Positions 22,631-33,932 of a DNA stretch of 33,969 nt are shown piece after piece. Under the pieces are notes generated by a model. It saw nothing but the letters and a program-made list of their open reading frames with translations. It was not told the DNA's origin and ran no database searches. Each line of letters starts with the position of its first letter. The first letter of the stretch is position 1. Origin of the DNA: Octopus bimaculoides (Eukaryota); NCBI RefSeq assembly GCF_001194135.2, contig NC_068986.1, positions 102,727,777 to 102,761,745 of the forward strand, in the 5' to 3' direction. A program made the translations under genes and the position numbers.

Positions 22631-24674
22631 ATATATAAACATGCATGCATATTTACAGAAATATTTATATACTGAGGACTTAGACATATAGATACATACA
22701 AACACACACACACACATACATACATACATACATACATACATGCATAATGAATATATAGATATATATGTATGTATATAGATTTCTCTGCTCCTTGCAATTG
22801 ATTTCTATATGATGCAGAGATTTAAATTCTCATATAGTCAGAGATAACCATGACGCGCGCACGCATATGCAACAGCACATTTAAAGTGTACAATGCCGTG
22901 ATCTCTGACCTATAGTGAGCATTGCCTCTATTCAATTACTTATCTGTCAAAACTCTGCAAATATGATATGCACCCATGATAACAAGTGTCTATTTTAAGC
23001 TTCAGTGCGCTATCGAAACCTGAAAAATGATTATTTTTCTCACAAAACACTCCAGTCCTGTAAGATAAGTTCAAAAACAATATTGAAAGACATTTGAATC
23101 AAGCTAATGTTTTTATTTTATTTTATATGCTTTTTTTCCCCCTTTTGTTCGGTATTCTTAACAAAACCAAGCCGGAGAGATGATAAAAATATCTAAATTC
23201 GATCACTGGCCATTGACCAGAAGAGTACTGATTTATAAAAAGGTCAAAGATAGCAAAAGCAATCAAAAGTCAATAATGAGGTAGGGGAGATAAAGAGTTA
23301 TAGAGAGTTAAATAATGATGGGTTGCAGAAAAAAGTAAAAATATACAGAGACTGAAATGTATAATGGAAAATAGACGGTATTATATGAACAAAAAATTTG
23401 AAAAAAAAATATTGCAAGAGATGGACGCTTGAAAACTGAATGAATTTGAGTGAGTAGGGGTTGGTGAATAGAGAACTGCAGAGAAATGAAAATATAGAGT
23501 TTACGACTTTGAATGAGGAAGAAGAAAATGATAGATGGTGATGAAAAATTACTTCGTTGCAGAATAAAAGCGAGCAAAAATTTGTGAGATATGAATATGT
23601 TATAGTTTTAGAGACAGAGAGGGAAGAAGTGAGAGAGAGAGAGTGTGTGAGAGAGACTGAGAGATAGATATTAAAAAAAAAACAGACATAGAACAAAGAG
23701 GTAGACAGACCGACAGTTATATAGATTGGTATATTAATAGATAGATGGAGTGAGAGATAAAAATTAAGTGAGAGAAGAGAGAGAGAAAGGCGGTGACAAA
23801 GGTTAACATAGTCGTCCTAAAAAAATCATGCAATTTCGAAAATTGAACTGAACAGGATGATTCTTAAAAGAACAGAACTAGATTGTCAAAGATAACGTGA
23901 CTGAATGAAAAAAGAAAGAAAAGGTGAAGGATTAAGTGAAAGGGAAAAGATAGGGTGAAAGAACTGAGAGGGAAGATTCGATATGCATGTAAAGAAAAAA
24001 AAAACAGAAACGGTTAAAAGGTTTCTACAAGACGTTTTGATACTACAAAGGGTTAAGGTATAAGTTTAAAATTTATGAGAGCTCTACGGCTATGGATAAA
24101 TTATTGTCAGTTAAAAAACACAAAAAGATCATTTGTATATTGAGCGATATATCACTTGCAGTATAGCTGAACTATCGTCAAAATCCTTCTAGTCAAGACC
24201 ATTTCAGGATTCTCAAGAAAAAAGAAAATGTTTAATGGAATGTTTTCGGTCGTTTAATCATATTGTTCGATAAAATGTTAAAGACCATCATTTTTTATCT
24301 GTATATTTTCATCAGAGTAAAGATGTTCATTCAACTGAGGCATGTTACACAAACGAATTATTCAATAAAACAACTCACAGCCTCGAAATACGGCTTTGAT
24401 TCAGCCTTGGAGATAAATGTATGTCAGGATAGAAAAGTTCTCGGTCAAGATGCTCATCACGTCCATATTAGATTTATATATGCTTTTAAAGCATGTTTAG
24501 CATATGCTTCATCGCAGGTTAGTATACTATACTTGCACATCGTCCTCCATATGGGGACAGCTAAAACAGATCATAGGATTCATAATATCGTTAACGCAAC
24601 CATCTGAAGACAATCTGAATAAATAAGTATTATATTTTACAGAGTAATTTGAATGCTAAAAGGATAGGGCTCCA

Positions 24675-24815
24675 ATGCAGGTAGCAAGTAGAATCAGTAA
24701 GACACCGGACAAAAGTCTAGGCAGCATTTCATTCGCCCTTATGCTCTGTGGTCAAACTCAGCTAAGTACGAGTTTGCTTTTCATACTTTCGTGATCGATG
24801 ACATAAGTATCATTC
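24675..24815 (+). mobile_element. Very diverged SINE family A copy
   Basis: GTAGAATCAGTAAGACACCGGACAAAAG...GGTCAAACTCAGCTAAGTACGAGTTTGCTTTCATACTTTCGTGATCGAT follows the family A order. Confidence 0.45.
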
Positions 24816-24964
24816 GAGCCTTGAGACCCTCTTTTTCTAAAATTTCAGGTCTCGGGCCTATAGTAGAAAGAGCTAACGTTCATGCCCTCTTCGAAGAGAG
24901 CATCTAAAAGTCGATGGATGTCTCTGAATACCAGTACACACGCACCCACACATACGCACGCGCG

Positions 24965-25002
<38 letters not shown>

Positions 25003-25458
25003 CACACACATATATATATAAATGCGCGCACGTGTGTGTGGAGACAGGGAAGAAGTGTATTCCCCCGTAGGAACAAATTTCTTCCGGTATTTGAAAATGC
25101 ACATTCATTTCAAGACGTGTACCTGTTTTAAAATCTTGTAATAGATTTATTAGATTTATTCAAATATGAGACCTGTTCCGTCAATTTTTAATTTATCCAT
25201 GCTAAAAAAAAAAAAATTAAATAAAGGCGTTATAGAACTTTTCCATCCTGACATACATTTATCTTTATGGCTGAATCGGAGCTATCCTCGAGGCTGTGAG
25301 GTTTATTGAATAATTCGTTTCTGTAACATGTCTCAGTTGAATGAACATCTTTACTCTGTTTGATGAAAATATAGAGATAAAGATTGATGATCTTAAACAT
25401 ATCTCAAATGTCCATGTCGTGGCATTTTATGTAATCTGTCCAGTGTGTTATCATGTCA

Positions 25459-25848
25459 GTGGAGGCGCAATGTCCCAGTGGTTAGGGCAGCGGACTCGCG
25501 GTCATAGGATCGCGGTTTCGATTCCCAGACCGGGTGTTGTGAGTGTTTACTGAGCGAAAACACCTAAAGCTCCACGAGGCTCCGGCAGGGGATGGTGGCG
25601 AACCCTTCTGTACTCTTCCACCACAACTTTCTCTCACTCTTACTTCCTGTTTCTGTTGTAACTGTATTTCAAAGGGTCAGCCTTGTCACGCTGTGTCACG
25701 CTGGATATCTCCGAGAACTACGTTAAGGGTACACGTATCTGTGGAGTGCTCAGCCACTTGCACGTTAATTTCACGAGCAGGCTGTTCCGTTGATCGGATC
25801 GACTGGAACCCTCGTCGTCGTAAGCGACGGAGTGCCAACAACAACAAC
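25459..25848 (+). mobile_element. tRNA-derived SINE, family C, tail type 2 ending in (CAA)n, TSD-flanked
   Basis: Same head and body as 19899-20207. A 12-bp TSD, GTTATCATGTCA, lies at 25447-25458 and 25849-25860. The element ends GGAGTGCCAACAACAACAAC. Confidence 0.9.
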
Positions 25849-25915
25849 GTTATCATGTCATCGGCTTTTTTATAATGTAAATCTGGGATCATGTGACAGG
25901 TATTTTTGTAATTAT

Positions 25916-25964
<49 letters not shown>

Positions 25965-26390
25965 GTGGTGATGGTTGTGATTTTTCCTATTTTCGTTTTG
26001 TTACTGGTATGTTTTGTACGAACTATTCCAAGTTTCACCCAGAGATCTCAAGTTACAGTAAATTGAACGTTTTTCCCTATGGTTGTTATTTATCGTTATT
26101 TCCAATAAATTGTACCGGAAGGAGACCAGAATCTGAGAAATAAAATTCTATAAAATTCATATTTCAGTCTTGACAGAGTTTTAAGAGAATCAAGTATTTT
26201 CAAGATGATTTAAGATTTGGGCAATAGCAATGTGAACAAGTTTTTAAAAACTTTTAATGCTTTGAATATTCTTGGTATTTGGCCATAATATTTAAGAGAG
26301 CTATTCGACTTTATTCAAAAATTCCAATAATCATAGCTATAGTGGTTGTTCTTGGATGCCATTTTGTGAGACCTGTTATTATCATCATCA

Positions 26391-26467
<77 letters not shown>

Positions 26468-26476
26468 GCCATTAAA

Positions 26477-26700
26477 GTTGTGAGCTGGCAGAATCGTTAT
26501 CAAACTGGACGAAATACTCTCCGGTATTTCACCAGTCGCTACGTTCTTCGTTCAAATTCCGCCAAGGTCAACTTTGCCTATCGTCCTATGGGGTTCGATA
26601 AAAATAGTACCAGTTACGCATTGTGGGGGTGGGCGATGTAATCGACTTAATCCCTTCCTCCAAAATTTGACGTTTTGCGCGTCCAGTAGAAAAGATTGCT
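26477..26700 (+). mobile_element. tRNA-derived SINE, family A, between (ATT)n tracts
   Basis: GAGCTGGCAGAATCGTTA head, GTTCAAATTCC B-box and GGGGTTCGATAAAAATAGTACCAG core. Confidence 0.8.
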
Positions 26701-27020
26701 ATTAGTATTATTATTATTATTATTGTTCAGTAGTTTTATTTTTATAACGTGCTTTCACTTCACTACCGAGCGCAGCTCTGTGCGCCTTGGGTATGTGTTG
26801 TGGTTTGCTGTGGTGCTCTTATGTTTACTGTATTGAAAGTGTTTTGCGTAGAATGTGTGCAGTACCCAGTAGTGCAATTTTCTGTATGTTATATATATTT
26901 GTAAGTCCTGGTGTTTTTGTTATGTATTTGTCTGAATATTTTTTTTATTATACCTAGGCACATACTATGATAGGAATTGTTTCTGTTTTTAGATTCCACA
27001 TTCGAGTTATCTCTATTTCT
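26701..27020 (-). mobile_element. R4/Dong-like RLE retrotransposon 3' fragment (subfamily 1) with (AAT)n tail
   Basis: Minus strand encodes EIEITRMWNLKTETIPIIVC/LG...DKYITKTPGLTNIYNIQKIALLGTAHILRKTLSIQ*. (AAT)n lies on both sides. Confidence 0.8.
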
Positions 27021-27040
27021 ATTATTATTATTATCATTAC

Positions 27041-27074
<34 letters not shown>

Positions 27075-28171
27075 TAACAGCACCATGGCAAACGACAAGG
27101 CCTCAATACATTTACATCATTCACATGAAAAATTAAACCCTATTGCCTTCACATTACAGTTAGCCATACTAAATAATAATAATGTTATACTGACAAATTT
27201 TGGTTTCGAATCTACAAAACGGTCAAATTAACATTACTAGTAAAATAACAGAACAATTTCGCATTCAACTCTTTAGATATAATTCTAGGTATCCTGAACA
27301 TAGTATTTAAACTTCATGGTTATGTATTGCTTGTGATAAAACTGAAGGCATAAGGGGCTAGTGAGTTACATAGAATTCAGTACATCACTATTTAGTCGAA
27401 ACTAGGGTAATTTGTTTCAGTGGGGTTGCAATCAGAACTTGAAAAGACGGGGAAAATACTGCGGGGTATTTCCCCGATGACCTATCAATTCTGCATTTCA
27501 TGTATGAAATATGATGGTTTCAACCTCAATGCATTTGTACATAGTTTTGCTCAATTACAACTGCTTGACGGTGTACAAAAACACAGACTACAACAACGGC
27601 ATTGATGATGACGACGATGAATAACACACCGTTCTCTGAAGACCAGACATCACAGAGAAGCAACTAATAGCAAAACAAGTCTGTGCGTTTGAGAGATTGT
27701 GGTATTCATAAATATTGCCAGACAGATATTCATGATTAAATATAAAATACGAATAATGAATATGGTGATATATTCTTACATCAATATTCTATATTCATTT
27801 CCTTATCTTTCGTCCTAACATTTTCTCCGACTTTCTTTACTGTCTATATACTACGTAATTGTGCTTCACACACACCGTAACTTTTAGTATTTCTTCGCTG
27901 AACGGTGATACAGGGGCTTATCATGTTGTTCATAAAGTTGTTGATTAGAGCCAGGTGCAAAGCGTTCCAATAATGACTGTCAAGACTTTTCCTATTTGCC
28001 TCGAATACATGGTATCATAAACCGTTTTGGAAGTTGTAGTGAACGCTTCTAAAATGTGTATTCCTTTCTCACTCACTCATTNNNNNNNNNNNNNNNNNNN
28101 NNNNNNNNNNNNNNNNNNNNNNNNNNNNNNNNNNNNNNNNNNNNNNNNNNNNNNNNNNNNNNNNNNNNNNN

Positions 28172-28213
<42 letters not shown>

Positions 28214-28541
28214 GATTAATTTATGGATTGGGAGATGAAAAGATAGGAATCCTATATATGACAAAATGGTTTATTGTAAGTAGTTATTTACCGTATACTA
28301 CTAGTATTCTTATATGCAACCTTAGTCTCGAAGAAATGTTCAATATCTTTACCTTCAACTAATTTATTAAACTGAGGAAATGAATTAATGAAAATATCTA
28401 AGCACGTATATAAAGAAACTTTCAAATATTTCATTTGAGTAATAGCTTGGCGTATATAACCCTTGTATAACATTCTCCACATAGATTTTAAATATTTCAA
28501 ACTCGACATTACTGCTCTCTCTATTAAATTACTAAAGTGAA

Positions 28542-28750
28542 CTTCTTCTTCTTCTTCTTTTTCTTCTTCTTCTTCTTCTTCTTCTTCTTCTTCTTCTTCT
28601 TCTTCTTCTTCTTCTTCTTCTTCTTCTTCTTCTTCTTCTTCTTCTTCTTCTTCTTCTTCTTCTTCTTCTTCTTCTTCTTCTTCTTCTTCTTCTTCTTCTT
28701 CTTCTTCTTCTTCTTCTTCTTCTTCTTCTTCTTCTTCTTCTTCTTCTTCT
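28542..28750. repeat. Long (TTC)n microsatellite
   Basis: Directly visible, about 70 units. It explains the poly-K, poly-R and poly-F ORFs. Confidence 0.98.
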
Positions 28751-29297
28751 CATTGAGTGAGAAAGCAGTGCATGTCATCAAAGTGACACTGGGGTAAAAT
28801 ATACGAAGCCCAATATACTCATCATGACTACCTGTCTGATAAGGGTACACCAGGCACATGCATCACAACCGTATGTGCGTGACAGGGTGATTTCATTTCA
28901 AGATAAACAGTGCATGACCTCGCAGGTGGGGCCCAGTTAAAATTTTCTTCAGGTCGAGTAGCCCATCCCGCTCAAAAGATCCCTGAGTAAGGTTCGTTTA
29001 AGGATGTTGAGCAAGACACCCATGTTTTCAAAGGTTCATTATTCAAACCTCAAATAATTCCTCTCGATACATGGCTATGATGCTCCCCCACTACTTCTGC
29101 TCATGATCAGAGATGCACATATCGTCAGCCACTAAGGGATATGCTCAACTGGTTAAGGACAAACAACTGACAAGCAAATCTGTGGTATTAAGCAGAATAT
29201 TTGCTGTAGCCCATCATTTATACCAAGCCAAAACAACGTACATGATAACACTTCCAATCAATTAAGATCAGAAGCCTGGTACTGCATCCGGGCATTT
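28751..29297 (-). mobile_element. Unclassified ~550-bp non-coding repeat-like element between (AAT)n and (GAA)n tracts
   Basis: GC-richer, ORF-less block with sharp microsatellite borders on both sides, directly downstream (minus strand) of the Dong-like tail. I recall it as an interspersed octopus repeat; unverified. Confidence 0.45.
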
Positions 29298-29334
29298 ATT
29301 ATCATTATTATTATTATTATTATGTTGTTTTTTT

Positions 29335-29811
29335 TTTCTTCTATCTTCAAATTTTCTTCCATTTCTCGCCGAGTGTTTTCCGTACACCTAGGGCAGAGAA
29401 ACTCGTTGTATGCATTCCCATTNNNNNNNNNNNNNNNNNNNNNNNNNNNNNNNNNNNNNNNNNNNNNNNNNNNNNNNNNNNNNNNNNNNNNNNNNNNNNN
29501 NNNNNNNNNNNNNNNNNNNNNNNNNNNNNNNNNNNNNNNNNNNNNNNNNNNNNNNNNNNNNNNNNNNNNNNNNNNNNNNNNNNNNNNNNNNNNNNNNNNN
29601 NNNNNNNNNNNNNNNNNNNNNNNNNNNNNNNNNNNNNNNNNNNNNNNNNNNNNGTCTGATCTTTTATAATAATATCCGGGTTATTAGCTTTTATAGTCCT
29701 GTCGGTATGTACGGGGAAGTCCCAGAGAATCGATACATTTTCTCCCTCAGTCACAGCTTCAGGATGGTGTTTATACCATTTGTCAGCGGTTTTGATTGTA
29801 TAATGCTGACA

Positions 29812-29812
<1 letters not shown>
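29335..29812 (-). mobile_element. R4/Dong-like RLE retrotransposon 3' fragment (subfamily 2), interrupted by N gap
   Basis: KWYKHHPEAVTEGENVSILWDFPVHTDRTIKANNPDIIIKD matches the ILWD..TDR...RPD endonuclease motif of R4/Dong. (AAT)n lies at both ends. Confidence 0.82.
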
Positions 29813-29887
<75 letters not shown>

Positions 29888-30413
29888 TCGTGTTATTTTT
29901 TCTATTAATCCTTCTAACCTGAAACTGTTTATGTCTATATTTTAAGGTTCATTTTTAGTCAAACATTATTTGTAGAATTACGTATGTATTTCGTTATCCC
30001 TCAACAACGATATTAGCCTTACTTTTCCGAATATTGTTTTCTAACATTTAAATATTCTGACTCCCACTTCGATTTCTATTACAACATTTAGCTTGACTAG
30101 TCATTAACCCTAACTATGGTGCTACTATCATTGGTGAAATAATATTTAGTTTTCAAGGTCCACTGAGCTCACCGTGAGTTGAAATATTACTATAATTCTT
30201 AATATATCATATTTCATTTCCAAATCCACAATGTTATCCCCTTCTTCCTTTCTTCTTTAATCCTCATTCTTTTCCGTGCATTGTAATTCAACTACAACTA
30301 TTAACAGTGTTCTTCAATTTTTCCCTAATGGGAAGGCACTGATAAAGTCATGTTTTCGTATATCTTTTCATCTATTTAATACTATAATCGATTAAGAACA
30401 ACTGTTCTTGTGT

Positions 30414-30476
<63 letters not shown>

Positions 30477-30477
<1 letters not shown>

Positions 30478-30620
30478 TAGACACTCTCTAGAACAATACT
30501 ATGTGCAAAACCATATATAACACACCCTTGGCAACACCAACATGAACTTCTCAGTTGTCTCTTGAGGTCTCTGGGTGTCACTTGGAGCCAACCTGTACAA
30601 ATCTAAATCAAAAGTCAAAC

Positions 30621-30625
<5 letters not shown>
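30477..30625 (+). mobile_element. Short probable 3' UTR fragment of an (AAT)n-associated element (third R4/Dong-like end)
   Basis: Discrete ~145-bp block (TCTTGAGGTCTCTGGGTGTCACTTGGAGCC...) bounded by long (AAT)n on both sides. No coding match confirmed. Confidence 0.45.
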
Positions 30626-30677
<52 letters not shown>

Positions 30678-30708
30678 TAATAACAATAATACCAATAATA
30701 ACAATAAT

Positions 30709-30964
30709 AGAAACAATTCCTATCATAGTATGTGCCCTAGATATAATAAAAAAATATTGAGACAAATACATAACAAAAACACCAGGACTTACAAATATAT
30801 ATAACATACAGAAAATTGCACTACTGGGCACTGCACACATCCTACGCAAAACACGTTCAATACAGTAACCATAAGAGCATCACAGCAAACCACAGCACAT
30901 ACCCAAGGCACACAGAGCTGCGCTCGGTAGTGAAGTGAAAGCACGTTATAAAAATAAAACTACA

Positions 30965-31030
<66 letters not shown>

Positions 31031-31045
31031 TAATAATAATAATAA
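30709..31045 (+). mobile_element. R4/Dong-like 3' fragment (subfamily 1) with (AAT)n tail
   Basis: ETIPIIVCALDIIKK/..KYITKTPGLTNIYNIQKIALLGTAHILRKT. About 95% identical by eye to the reverse complement of 26726-26984. Confidence 0.85.
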
Positions 31046-31302
31046 CTTTCATTGGCAACAAGGGGCCAAGACATGGAGGACAATATCGAATGACCAGTTA
31101 CAGCACAAAGAAATTACAAAAACAAGTGGAAGATACTACCACATTAAATGATATAGCAGAGAATGTATAATAGAAAATAGAGAAAAAAATAATAAATAAA
31201 TACATAGAAACACCAATAGTGGAGAAGTTCGCTTAAGTTAATCCAGGGTAAACCCCGGACAAAAATCCGGGATTACTATTCTTTTTATCACTATTATTAT
31301 TA

Positions 31303-31379
31303 GGTCACTACCTACCTTGAATCGAACTCGCAATCTTGGGCTTAGTATCCCGCGCTCTTAAACTCTACGCCATATGCCC
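31303..31379 (-). ncRNA. tRNA-derived Pol III-promoter-like module (not a functional tRNA)
   Basis: GGGCATATGGCGTAGAGTTTAAGAGCGCGGGATACTAAGCCCAAGATTGCGAGTTCGATTC: A-box-like TGGCGTAGAGT and B-box GTTCGATTC. No 3' acceptor strand. Followed by AATAATAAT. Confidence 0.7.
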
Positions 31380-31423
31380 GTAGGAAACTATGGACTGAAT
31401 TTTAGGGCATATAAATGTAATAT

Positions 31424-32780
31424 TCACCTAGCCTTCCTTAATACCGGTTCCCATGTGTTGTTCATATCTGCACTTGGTCTGCTTAGGAAGTTATTGTGTC
31501 TTAGCATGTGCTGCTTCTTTTAGTTTTCGTATTTGCCAGTGGTGTTCTCTGTCTATTATTTTAACTTCATCCCACAGGGGTGGGTGGTATCATTTTTCCA
31601 TACATGATCAGCTATACCCGATTTATCAATATCTCCCCGCGTCACAGCTTTGCGATGTTCCTCTACCCTTATTTTGAGGGGGAGACATGTTTTGCCCTTG
31701 TATAACCTACCACAGCTGCATGGGATGGAGTACATGAAGATTTTGGTCATATTCTCTTCTATTGATGGTTTTACTCGAAGTAGATGTTTGCGAAGTCTTG
31801 TATTACTCTTGAATACTGTCCTGATGTCATATAGGCCGCATATCTTTTGCATCTTTTCAGAGAGCCTTTTCACATACGGTAGACACATATGGTTTCATCC
31901 TCTCTTTTCTCCATAATTAAAGTAAATAGTATGTGTTTAGGGTAGTTGTTGCTTAATAGATTGTTACTGAGCTTGATCATTTCATTGTGGTGGGTATCAC
32001 GATCGCTACTTATATTCTTTCCTCGATGATTTAGCCACTGAGCAATCCCTCTCTTTACACTGTATGGATGGTGGGAATTGAAGTTTAGGTATCGTCCAGT
32101 GAAGGTCGGCTTGCGGTATACGGATGTCCTGAATCCATACTTGGTGCGTGTTAGAAATGCTAGCTGATTGTCTTTTTCCTTTTCCAATGTGAAGTGTATG
32201 GATGGCTTTATTAGTTCACACTATCTAACAGTACTTTGTCATCATCCTGGTGGGTCCAGATAATATAGATGTCATCAACATATCGGAGTCATAGTGTTGG
32301 TTTTAGTGGTGTATCCAAAAGTGAAATTCTCAAAGTATTTCATGTATGTATTGGCTATTATCGGTGATAATGGCAAACTCGTAGCTAAAGCCTCTTCTTG
32401 TCGATATATATCAGAGTCCAAACTAAAATGGATAGTTTCTACACGGAAGGTTAGTTGGATCTTTTAGACAGGTGTCTGTCACTAGTTTTTCTTGAATCTC
32501 CGACAGTGCTTCACCAGTTGGGACTTCGGTGAACAGACTTATCACATCTAGACTCACCATCTGGTTGGATTGAATGGGGGTATCCTTGATCAATTCTGTG
32601 AAGTAGGTGGAATTCTTCACTTATAATGTTGACTTTCCTAGTAATGGACTGATAATATCCACAAGGAAGCGGCTCAGTGGATGACATGCTGAACCTCTAG
32701 AGATCACTATATGTCATAATGGAATACGATCCTTGTGAGTCTTAGGGAGACCCTGATACCTGATAAATCTTAGGGAGGCC
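31424..32780 (-). mobile_element. Decayed 5'-truncated Penelope-like element (RT + GIY-YIG endonuclease)
   Basis: Minus-strand motifs in order: GLPKTHK..PL*HIVIS.GSACHPL; SLDVISLFT; YRQ...LSPIIANTYM; RYVDDIYIIW (32271-32282); SVYRKPTFTGRYLNFNSHHP; YSIPCSCGRLYKGKT..LKIRVEEH (GIY-YIG); DREHHWQIRKLKE; stop at 31424-31426. Multiple frameshifts and stops. Confidence 0.93.
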
Positions 32781-32782
32781 AA

Positions 32783-32827
32783 GACACCCGATGAAGGCTG
32801 GAGGGTATATCAGCCGAAACTTTGTGT
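32783..32827 (+). ncRNA. Minimal type I hammerhead-like motif in inverted Penelope terminal segment
   Basis: ACAC-CCGAUGAA-GGCUG-(10 nt)-CAGCC-GAAAC-UUU-GUGU: perfect 5-bp stem II, GAAAC and a 4-bp stem I (ACAC/GUGU). U4 reads C and position 16.2 reads U instead of G. Confidence 0.65.
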
Positions 32828-32943
32828 AATGAACAAACAAGACGAGGACAAATATCCGTGAAATGTAAATAATGTAAATAATGTACATAATTTCTCATCT
32901 CTTAAATATAGAACAATAGAATATAATCTATATAAATATATAT

Positions 32944-33025
<82 letters not shown>

Positions 33026-33490
33026 GCGTGTGTAATATACATATGTACATACAGTTTGTATGTATAGTATATGTTTTCTATAAATACACGTGGTGTGTGT
33101 TTTTCATTGTGTCTGTGTGTTTCTGTGTATATTTTGTTCACACATGATATGGTTCTCACATATCTATGTAAATATTGAAAATGTACATAAGCTGTTATTG
33201 CGTATCCATGCAATATTTCATATTTATAGCACTATTCTAATAGGTTGCGAAATCTCGTTTCTTTTATAAAGTATTTACAGTAACAAAGAACACAATAAGA
33301 AATATAATTTATGAAGATAGTATATTTATCAAATCGGATCTTCATAACATTGCAAAATATTTGAATTTCATGGACTGAAAAATTTAATATATTAAATAAT
33401 TTTACAGTCCACATACGATTAATAATATATTTACTTAGCAAAGTTTTCAAAGTTAAAACTAAATTGTGCTAGGATATTACATGTCACATA

Positions 33491-33521
<31 letters not shown>

Positions 33522-33562
33522 TTATATATATATATATTCCTTTATTCCTGCATTTTTTCACT

Positions 33563-33790
33563 GGCTTCAGTCATTTGACTGCGGCCATGCTGGAGCTCCG
33601 CCTTTAGTCGAACAAAACTACCCCAGGACTTATTCTTTGTAAGCCTAGTACTTATTCTATTGCTGTCTTTTGCTGAACCACTACGTTACAGAGACGAAAA
33701 CACATGGTCGAGGGGCAAACACGGACACACAAATAAAGACAGACGTACATACATACATACATACATATATATATACATACATACATATAT
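33563..33790 (-). mobile_element. SINE family B 3' half
   Basis: TTTGACTGCGGCCATGCTGGAGCTCCGCCTTTAGTCGAAC...GGACTTATTCTTTGTAAGCCTAG closely matches ~3102-3177. Confidence 0.85.
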
Positions 33791-33932
33791 ATATATATAT
33801 ATGCATGTGTGTATGTTGTGTCGACGCCCGAGACGATGAAGTAGGCTGGCCCAATACGGAGATATAGAGGGAGAAGTCTAGATGCCGTAGTAGTTTGGTA
33901 GTTTGAGTAGAGGCCATCCGAACGTGCGATAT

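Noticed and set aside
24040-24060. AAAGGGTTAA, resembling a piggyBac-type right end
   Set aside because: No partner TTAACCCTTT left end was found in the window.
27448-27624. 12-bp hairpin CGGGGAAAATAC/GTATTTCCCCG and a possible terminal exon LLNYNCLTVYKNTDYNNGIDDDDDE*
   Set aside because: The short hairpin has no supporting context. The peptide is largely explained by (AAC)n/(GAT)n low complexity.
28524-28859. Poly-K, poly-R and poly-F ORFs (also poly-E/S at 9472-10375 and poly-I/N at 26279-26641)
   Set aside because: They are translations of (TTC)n, (GAA)n and (ATT)n microsatellites.
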